IMG/VR virus record: IMGVR_UViG_3300046810_000338
Coordinates: 164,500-228,499 of that record
Strand: one strand, 5' to 3'
DNA: 64,000 nucleotides
Under the pieces are notes generated by a model. That model had not been told where the DNA came from. It worked only from the letters and a program-made list of their open reading frames with translations, and did not search any database. The first letter of the stretch is position 1. The number at the start of each line of letters is the position of its first letter. Positions 57,742 to 64,000 of the stretch are shown here, in pieces. The position numbers and the translations under genes were made by a program.

Positions 57742-57959
57742 GCGTTGCTGCGACGCTGGTCCTCACCTTAAGGAGTCGGGCGCTGAGACTGAATTGGTCC
57801 TTTGCCTGGCATTAAGGTACGGTGGCTTGGGGTTTCCCGTCCTTTCCTCTAAGCCACAAGTTGTAGAGTGTGGACGCGTTCTGCCTGACGCGTTTGACTA
57901 TGCAGCCTACTGATCGCCAGATTCTCCTGTGGGTGGTCAGTGGGGTGCCGTGACAACGT
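57742..57959 (+). ncRNA. Candidate structured non-coding RNA (~220 nt), family unknown
   Basis: The 5' and 3' ends pair through four nested helices, with at least two internal hairpins. TATG lies immediately upstream and a terminator-like hairpin immediately downstream. Many G-U pairs favour the + strand. Confidence 0.6.
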
Positions 57960-57961
57960 AA

Positions 57962-57995
57962 TGGTCCGTCCCTTAGGGGGCGGGCCACTATGCCG
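57962..57995 (+). terminator. Stem-loop followed by CTATGCCG
   Basis: TGGTCCGTCCC-TTAG-GGGGCGGGCCA. Confidence 0.6.
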
Positions 57996-58033
57996 TAATT
58001 GTATAAGACCCCCAACCTATTAGGAGCTTTACC

Positions 58034-58519
58034 ATGGGTATTCGTACCATTGCACAGATCATCGCCCAGCTGACTGGCTTCGCTGCTAAGGGTGACAACA
58101 ATGACATCACCAAGCTTTCTGCACTGACCTCTCTGGTCAAGAAAGTAACGGCCACCATTATCAGCGTGGGTAGCTTGGCTGAGAAGATTCGTATCGTTAC
58201 GGCGGCAACCGGCACTGTAACCCTGGACCTGGCAACGGCCTCGACCTTCGAGTTGCAGATGACTGGTAATACGACGGTGGCATTCACCAACGTTCCCACC
58301 ACGGTAGGCGAGAGCATTGGGTTCACCATTCGCATTGTTCAACCAGCGTCACCGTTCTCGATCACCTGGCCTACCAGCATCACCAAATGGATCACCCCCA
58401 CAGGTCTGGCCCCAGACACTCCGGCGGCCAACAAGACCGGTGAGTTTATCTTTACTGCCCATGTGGCATCGATCAGCTCTGGCACTACGATCACGGGTCG
58501 TAAAGGGGCAACAAATTGA
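58034..58519 (+). CDS. Tail-fibre-related protein
   Basis: AAKGDNNDITKLSAL resembles the tail-fibre GANSDITSL repeat; TLDLATASTF...TWP.SI.W is a beta-sandwich pattern. Confidence 0.6.
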   Translation: MGIRTIAQIIAQLTGFAAKGDNNDITKLSALTSLVKKVTATIISVGSLAEKIRIVTAATGTVTLDLATASTFELQMTGNTTVAFTNVPTTVGESIGFTIRIVQPASPFSITWPTSITKWITPTGLAPDTPAANKTGEFIFTAHVASISSGTTITGRKGATN

Positions 58520-59553
58520 GCATTGCATCCAGACTGATGGGTGCCCCGTCAGACACTCAAATTATTGTCCCTCCTTTAAGCCAGTTGTTTGAAGCAAAGA
58601 CCTACTCTGGATTCGAACTACAGAGCAGTGCTGATAGAAAAGTCAGTAGCAACGTTGACCTGTTAAACAATTCTGGTTTGCGTTGGATTAAACGCCGGGG
58701 TGGCGGTGGGAACCACATTCTGATCGAAAGCAGTATGCGTGCAAATAACCTACCGTTACTGTCTACCAACACAACTGACGGACCGTTTCCAAATGGTAGC
58801 ATCTCCACAGTCGCACCCTTGGCAGACGGCTTCAGCGTTACGATAGAAGAAGATGTGGGCAGCTCCGTTGGCACCTATGTGGCATGGTCTTTTCGTGAAG
58901 CCCCCAAGTTCTTTGATGCAGTGCGTTACTCTGGCAGTGGTATAAGTCAGGTAATTCCACACAGCCTGGGCGTTGCTCCCGGCATGATCGTCACCAAGAT
59001 GATCAACGGTAGCGGGGATTGGAACGTTTACCATCGCAATAGCGGGTTAGATTCTGGTAACGGTAGCGATGGTGTTCTGACGCTAAACACAACCTCTGGC
59101 AGTCTAATTGATGATGGTCGATATTGGGGAGTCCCTGGGGAAGGACCAGTCAGCCCAGACGCCTCAAGCTTCACCGTTGGCTACGGCAACGCTCAGGGTG
59201 CTGGAGAGTATCTAGCACTGCTATTTGCCCACTCGGACGATCCTGATAGCTATGTTCGTTGTGGGTGGTTTGAGACAAACAGCGGAGGCGCTGGTCAACT
59301 CAACCTGGGGTTCAAGGCAAACTTCCTGTTGGTCAAACGCAAAGACAACGACGGTGATTGGATGATTTTTGACGGGGCTCGTGGTCTTGACACTACCAGT
59401 ACCTTCGAGTACCTGAAAGCCAACAGTCCCGATCGGAATAGCCAGACTAACGACGTTGTCATTAGTCCTGGCGACACCACCACCGATTTCTCCTATCCCG
59501 CATATGGCGCATCGCGTTACATCTACATGGCCATTCGCTTCCCTGACTCCTGA
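58516..59553 (+). CDS. Tail-fibre-associated beta-rich repeat protein
   Basis: TTG start overlapping the upstream stop. Three repeats: WIKRR...YVAWSF, IVTK...W.VYH...YLALLFA, LVKRKD..GDW...YIYMAI. Confidence 0.65.
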   Translation: MSIASRLMGAPSDTQIIVPPLSQLFEAKTYSGFELQSSADRKVSSNVDLLNNSGLRWIKRRGGGGNHILIESSMRANNLPLLSTNTTDGPFPNGSISTVAPLADGFSVTIEEDVGSSVGTYVAWSFREAPKFFDAVRYSGSGISQVIPHSLGVAPGMIVTKMINGSGDWNVYHRNSGLDSGNGSDGVLTLNTTSGSLIDDGRYWGVPGEGPVSPDASSFTVGYGNAQGAGEYLALLFAHSDDPDSYVRCGWFETNSGGAGQLNLGFKANFLLVKRKDNDGDWMIFDGARGLDTTSTFEYLKANSPDRNSQTNDVVISPGDTTTDFSYPAYGASRYIYMAIRFPDS

Positions 59554-59560
59554 GGTTACT

Positions 59561-60388
59561 ATGTCTCTCATTGTTTATATCAACACCCTCACTGGGAAGT
59601 ACCCAGTAACCGAACAAGATATTCGAGCTAACAATCCGAACGTCAGCTTCTCCCCTCCCTTCATTGCCCCAAAGCAGTATCGACAGGTCTTTGCCTCCAA
59701 GTTGCCAGACTTCAACCCACTCACCCAACGCCTGGCCGAAGCCGCTCCCGTGATCAGTCAAACGGGTACCTACGAACGCGGTTGGACAATCGTTGATCTT
59801 GATCCAGACGTGGCCCAGAAAAACCTGGCCAACCGACTGGTTAATGATACTGCTCGGCTGATTGCAGCCATCAAGATTTCTGAAACAGTGGCTGACATCA
59901 AAGACGTCTATGACTCCATCGTTGCCTCTGGGGCAACGTTGCCTGACTATGGGGTCATCCGCCCGTACGCACTGGATCGCTTGAATGCGGACTACACGAC
60001 AGCCGTTAACTTCATTCGGGCAGACTATCCAGAAGCCGAGTTGATCACCTGGACCATGCAGCGTACCGAAGCCAAAGCCTACCTGGCCTGGGAGAATGCA
60101 GGTTCTAAGGGTACTCCTCCTGATACTCCGTTCCTGGTGCAACTCAACGCGGAGCGCACGGCGATGCAAGTGGGCGATGGCATGGTCGACTTGGTGAACC
60201 GCATCATTAACAACGATGCGTTCTACACCCCGGCGATGGCCAAACTCACTGCCATGCGTCACGGCTTTGAGAAACAGCTCAATGCATTCACCACACTGGA
60301 ACAGGTGGCATCGATCGATTGGGTGTTCCCCAACCTTGTAGCAGAGGCACAGGCGGCTGCCGCTGCGGCGGCTAATCCGGCAACATAA
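59561..60388 (+). CDS. Putative tail fibre assembly-type protein
   Basis: GAGG RBS; ATG at 59561. YP...IRA.NPNVSF N-terminus and a YP..E..TW..Q..EA.AY...TPFL domain. Confidence 0.6.
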   Translation: MSLIVYINTLTGKYPVTEQDIRANNPNVSFSPPFIAPKQYRQVFASKLPDFNPLTQRLAEAAPVISQTGTYERGWTIVDLDPDVAQKNLANRLVNDTARLIAAIKISETVADIKDVYDSIVASGATLPDYGVIRPYALDRLNADYTTAVNFIRADYPEAELITWTMQRTEAKAYLAWENAGSKGTPPDTPFLVQLNAERTAMQVGDGMVDLVNRIINNDAFYTPAMAKLTAMRHGFEKQLNAFTTLEQVASIDWVFPNLVAEAQAAAAAAANPAT

Positions 60389-60393
60389 GTGCA

Positions 60394-60430
60394 CCCTCCT
60401 TCCCTTTAGGGGGAAGGAGGGCTTATGCCG
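60394..60430. terminator. Stem-loop between convergent genes, flanked by CATA/TATGCC
   Basis: CCCTCCTTCCC/GGGAAGGAGGG. Confidence 0.7.
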
Positions 60431-61492
60431 TTATGAGCAACGCAGACGAATCTTGAGCTTATCCATGTCGGCCTTTGTCAAAGACAAACCAGCAACGTTT
60501 TTATCCGTTGAAGTCAGGCGCTGAAAAGTACCCATTGCACCCGTCATCGTTTTCGACCACGGTTTGAAGACCGTACCATCCTCAGAGAAGCTGGTCGTTG
60601 CCGTCATGGTCATGCCATTAACCGCTTTCAACCGACCCTTGGCCAACACCCCGACCACTTTGGCACTGGTCAGACTGGGGGCAGTGTAACCCACATCCAA
60701 CGTGGCCAGCTGAGCAGGCCCGCTAACAACAGGCGTGTCGATATCCGACGTACCCGTGATGGCGGTTTTCAACACCGAGTCCACTGTGCCGGTAGACGGG
60801 GTCAGGTTAGTGGCAGTGGTGGTCGCTACCGCCATGGGTGCCACCGTAATGTTGCCAGGAGGCATCAGGGTTTCCCCAGACTCGTACTCAATCCAATAAA
60901 GGTCTTTAAAGCACCATTCATAGGTCAAGTTGAGGGTTGAGGTGCGCTCGCCGTAGCCACCCATGTCTTGGTAGATAGCCGCGTTGTTGGCAACCGCGGT
61001 TGTCATCCAGGCAGGGATTGGCGTAACCGCAAGCTTTACCCCATTGACCCAACGATCGATGATTCCGTTGGGGAAGTCCAGCTTCCACGTACACCAGTAT
61101 TCAACGCCTGCTGCCAAACCAGGCAGGTCGGTGGACGAGAAGAGCTGAAGTCGGTTGACCACGTTGTCGTTGATGAAGCCCATCACCGAATCAAACCAAG
61201 ACCCAGTAGTGTTCTTCACACGAAACCCACTGTAGATGGTTCTGCCAGCCGTCAGTTGTCCAACCAGATTAGCCAGGGTGTTGTACAGCGTGATGTATGC
61301 AACGTCTGCCCCGGCAGTGCGCTTGTTGGTCAAGTGCAGGTAGCCGTTGGCATCTACCGAAGTGCCGGCTACCTGGTTACCGGAGTAGGCGTTGTCGTTT
61401 CGACGAACCCACCCAGTACCAGGCAGAGTAGTGGCCGCAGTCAGCGTGGCTGGAACCGGATAGGCCCAACCGTAGGCATCATGAATGATCAT
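60431..61492 (-). CDS. Virion structural / tail-fibre-associated beta-rich protein (family A)
   Basis: 353 aa, Thr-rich; resembles 62095..63177. Confidence 0.6.
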   Translation of the reverse strand: MIIHDAYGWAYPVPATLTAATTLPGTGWVRRNDNAYSGNQVAGTSVDANGYLHLTNKRTAGADVAYITLYNTLANLVGQLTAGRTIYSGFRVKNTTGSWFDSVMGFINDNVVNRLQLFSSTDLPGLAAGVEYWCTWKLDFPNGIIDRWVNGVKLAVTPIPAWMTTAVANNAAIYQDMGGYGERTSTLNLTYEWCFKDLYWIEYESGETLMPPGNITVAPMAVATTTATNLTPSTGTVDSVLKTAITGTSDIDTPVVSGPAQLATLDVGYTAPSLTSAKVVGVLAKGRLKAVNGMTMTATTSFSEDGTVFKPWSKTMTGAMGTFQRLTSTDKNVAGLSLTKADMDKLKIRLRCS

Positions 61493-61503
61493 GTCGGGTA
61501 TCC

Positions 61504-62085
61504 TTAGTTGGTCAGCACAAAGGTTGTGCCGGGTAGGTAGTAGAAACTACGGGAACCAATGGTCAGCGTAATGCTGGTTGCACCATTGGCGATTGGGCCA
61601 TCCACCAAGTCGCGTTGTTCCAGAGCCAGACCAAACTTGGAGTTGATAGCGGCAATCGTGTTGTACACGGTTGTACCCACCACTCCAGGCAGACCGTTGA
61701 CCTTATCTGCAAAAGCGTCCGACAATGGATGGCGGGCGTAGTTAAACAAATAACTACCGCCATACGCACAGGTTGGCGTTGCAGTCACTGTTACCGTGGT
61801 GTTGTAATCCGTTGCTGGATCTAGCACCACGGGGTCGGCAAAGGTCAAGTCGCTGGCAACAAAGTTGCGACTTTGCTCATTATTGATGGCCGTCAACAAG
61901 CCCACCAAAGGCGCAGTGCCATAAGGAGGACCGGAAGCAGGTTTGGTCAAGATGAATGCAGACAACTGTCGAACGCTCAGCACCGTGGTTTCTGAGGTGA
62001 TCGCGTAGACGTTGACATCGCGCAGTTTGGTGCGACCATCCTGCGTGATGGCGTAGACGTTAATGTCACGAAGATTGGTAGTCAT
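61504..62085 (-). CDS. Virion structural protein (family B)
   Basis: Y.R..L...IN.KFGL.L...DLVD motif; N-terminal duplicate LRD[IV]NVYAIT. Confidence 0.65.
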   Translation of the reverse strand: MTTNLRDINVYAITQDGRTKLRDVNVYAITSETTVLSVRQLSAFILTKPASGPPYGTAPLVGLLTAINNEQSRNFVASDLTFADPVVLDPATDYNTTVTVTATPTCAYGGSYLFNYARHPLSDAFADKVNGLPGVVGTTVYNTIAAINSKFGLALEQRDLVDGPIANGATSITLTIGSRSFYYLPGTTFVLTN

Positions 62086-62094
62086 GACTCCTCC

Positions 62095-63177
62095 TTACGG
62101 TGCAGTCGGGGTGACTACAATCTCAAGCCCGGCCAAAGACGTAGGACTGTATGCGGTGCCATCTGGCAATGCAATGGCTGCTGGCAAGCGGGTGTCATAC
62201 GACATGGTACCTGCGGTCAGCGGCATTGCAGTGGCCGCCGTGGTTGTACCGCCGTAAGCCAATGCCAGGGAGACGTTGTTAGCAGTGGATAGGTCTTTGG
62301 TGGCCGAAGCCCTGACAGTCAACCCGAGCACGTTAAGCCCGGTAATGGTAGTCGTATCCATCTTAACTCGCAGTGGTGACAGATCGGCCGCCAATGCCAC
62401 CACCGGTGCGGTAAGGGCAGCGGACGTAGACCGCTTGGTATTAAGTGCATCGACTGTGGTAGAGCCCGACGGAGGGGTAGAAGTACCTGTAGTCGAGACA
62501 ACCGGCAGTCTGTTCAGCACCACTGGGCCCAAACGGTTAACTGCGGTGTCACCGGCGGTGCCGTAGTCCACAACTGTGATGATGTCGGAGAGCCCATGAA
62601 CAACCAAATCGCCACCGAGGATCATGTAGTAGGTGGAGATTGTGCCGATCTGCCAGTACAGCGTACGGAAGTTGGCTTTGGTGATACTGGTGGGTAGTGC
62701 ACCGGAGCTGGTCTGTACATTGTTGGTGAAGACCACCCACGTCAAGGCATTGAGGTCAATGGTCACCTCGTAGTACGTGGCCACCCCCACCGCATCTGTG
62801 GTACGGGAGTAGATGATGGGTAACAGTCCGTCGCCCGCCGTCGTTGTTCCGTTGGTGATGCTGAAAATGGGTTGGTCAGCACTAGGTGCGTTGAATCGCG
62901 TAACCCGGAAGGCCAGCGTGAACTTGTTGGGAGTGCCTCCGGGGGTCAGCGCACTGAACTGCAAAGTGTTCAAACCGGCACACTGCGCGGTGTTGCCTTG
63001 CAGTTTACCCAACGCCATCATGTTGCCGTTGTAGGGACGCAGTGCGGCAAAGTTACCAGAACCGCCCCAATAGCAATTGAACTTCAGGTCAGAGTTGGCC
63101 ATACCGAAGCATGTGGTGTAAGACCCAATAGCAAAGTTCTGGGGCAGGTGTTCGAGACCATAGGCGGTGATAGCCAT
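62095..63177 (-). CDS. Virion structural / tail-fibre-associated beta-rich protein (family A)
   Basis: 360 aa; YYEV.ID and RLGPV motifs. Confidence 0.6.
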   Translation of the reverse strand: MAITAYGLEHLPQNFAIGSYTTCFGMANSDLKFNCYWGGSGNFAALRPYNGNMMALGKLQGNTAQCAGLNTLQFSALTPGGTPNKFTLAFRVTRFNAPSADQPIFSITNGTTTAGDGLLPIIYSRTTDAVGVATYYEVTIDLNALTWVVFTNNVQTSSGALPTSITKANFRTLYWQIGTISTYYMILGGDLVVHGLSDIITVVDYGTAGDTAVNRLGPVVLNRLPVVSTTGTSTPPSGSTTVDALNTKRSTSAALTAPVVALAADLSPLRVKMDTTTITGLNVLGLTVRASATKDLSTANNVSLALAYGGTTTAATAMPLTAGTMSYDTRLPAAIALPDGTAYSPTSLAGLEIVVTPTAP

Positions 63178-63186
63178 GTTAGCTCC

Positions 63187-63681
63187 TTATACCCAATTGA
63201 TAGAATTGGTACTGAATGCAGTGGAGAGGGCAGGTTTACGAGCCACTGTGAGCGTGCAGGAGCCCTTGAATTTAGGAGACCCTGCCTTGGCTGTGAGTGT
63301 CAGCGTAAAACTGGTAGAAGACGATTGTGCGGTCACCTGAGCGTTAACCAGGTCATCTGTCGTGAACTCAATCCCTGTCAGCTGGATCAGCTGCGGGATA
63401 AGGTCGTAAACCATCACCCCATCGGTCAGCTGAACCAGTTTAGGGATAACCGAGGTGGTGAGGTACGCCAGGTCCATGCGGTTGTAGTAAACCGTACGGT
63501 TAAGCGTGGACAGACCGTCTGCGCTCGGGTACGAGCACAGGCGACCAACTTCCTTGTTACTGCCCAGGAATGGACCAGCAGTAACCGTGCCAGCCAGGGT
63601 GACCGTAGCTGGGTCCAGGGTTCGACCCTCCAACGTCGATAACGCAGAGACGAACCGGGCCTTATTGAAATAGGCAAACAT
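63187..63681 (-). CDS. Virion structural protein (family B)
   Basis: YNRMDLA...DLIPQL...GIEFTTDDLVN...S..FKG motif. Confidence 0.65.
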   Translation of the reverse strand: MFAYFNKARFVSALSTLEGRTLDPATVTLAGTVTAGPFLGSNKEVGRLCSYPSADGLSTLNRTVYYNRMDLAYLTTSVIPKLVQLTDGVMVYDLIPQLIQLTGIEFTTDDLVNAQVTAQSSSTSFTLTLTAKAGSPKFKGSCTLTVARKPALSTAFSTNSINWV

Positions 63682-63689
63682 GTTTCACC

Positions 63690-63998
63690 TCACGGGTTAT
63701 AGTGGAAGTAGAGGGGTCTGGTGAACCAACTACCTGCCAGTGGAGGGACTACGATAACCTTGGCAAACCGACCAGTTTGATCGGCGTCTGGTATTGCAGC
63801 ATTGGGCAGCGAGTAGCTGAAGGCTACGGCTGCACGCATTCCGCCCAAGGTTTGATAGGAGCCACCTGAGAAGATAGTGATCCCGCCCAGGGCATTGGAC
63901 ATACTGGCAAAGGTGTCACCCACTGCATCAGACAGGACGGTGCCGGATGCCGCAATCCCAGAGAACAAGCTCTTACCTTGCGTGGTGCTGTAATCGAT
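63690..63998 (-). CDS. Virion structural protein, C-terminal part (start outside the window)
   Basis: Frame is open to the window edge (IDYSTTQGKSLFSG...); ends LYFHYNP. Confidence 0.6.
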   Translation of the reverse strand: MDYSTTQGKSLFSGIAASGTVLSDAVGDTFASMSNALGGITIFSGGSYQTLGGMRAAVAFSYSLPNAAIPDADQTGRFAKVIVVPPLAGSWFTRPLYFHYNP

Positions 63999-64000
63999 GC

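Noticed and set aside
57719-57913. 64-aa ORF and antisense ORF 57812..58342 over the candidate ncRNA
   Set aside because: No convincing RBS, atypical composition and overlap with neighbouring genes. Extensive base-pairing explains the region better, although translation is not formally excluded.
57742-57959. tRNA, tmRNA, RNase P or self-cleaving ribozyme identity for the structured RNA
   Set aside because: No T-loop GTTCRA, CCA end, RNase P core or CUGAUGA/GAAA motifs were found by eye.
58495-58520. Programmed frameshift fusing 58034..58519 to 58516..59553
   Set aside because: AAAGGGG is not in the X XXY YYZ phase of the upstream frame; a TTGA start/stop overlap is sufficient explanation.
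1-64000. Alternative genetic code or stop-codon reassignment
   Set aside because: Core genes are full length under the standard code, and TAA, TAG and TGA all act as stops at gene ends.

Overview
This window is a 64-kb segment of a phiKZ-like jumbo myophage (nucleus-forming Chimalliviridae type) with moderately high GC. The host is probably a Pseudomonas-like gammaproteobacterium, which is an inference only. Conserved core genes: UvsX/RecA, three virion RNA polymerase subunits (split beta/beta'), a 2338-aa tape-measure/lytic transglycosylase, prohead protease, tail tube, tail sheath, baseplate-region proteins, terminase large subunit and a protease-processed internal head protein. phiKZ gp numbers are recalled from memory and synteny, not from a search. 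Two accessory blocks of small co-directional genes lie at about 26.9-35.7 kb and 49.4-57.7 kb, and tail-fibre-type genes lie at the right end. The least-explained signals are non-coding or motif-level. (1) Ten Shine-Dalgarno-occluding mini-hairpins with compensatory base changes precede genes in the 49-55 kb block. (2) A ~220-nt highly structured candidate ncRNA at 57.74-57.96 kb has C/U-rich anti-SD-like segments. (3) A nine-gene array of tiny proteins mostly shares an N-terminal [LI][RK]Y motif. (4) Three consecutive proteins share a basic C-terminal G[RK]xxKxW[QE][RK] tail. (5) An HslV-like protease is paired with a possible inactive paralogue. No tRNA, rRNA, CRISPR array, intron or intein was recognised by eye.
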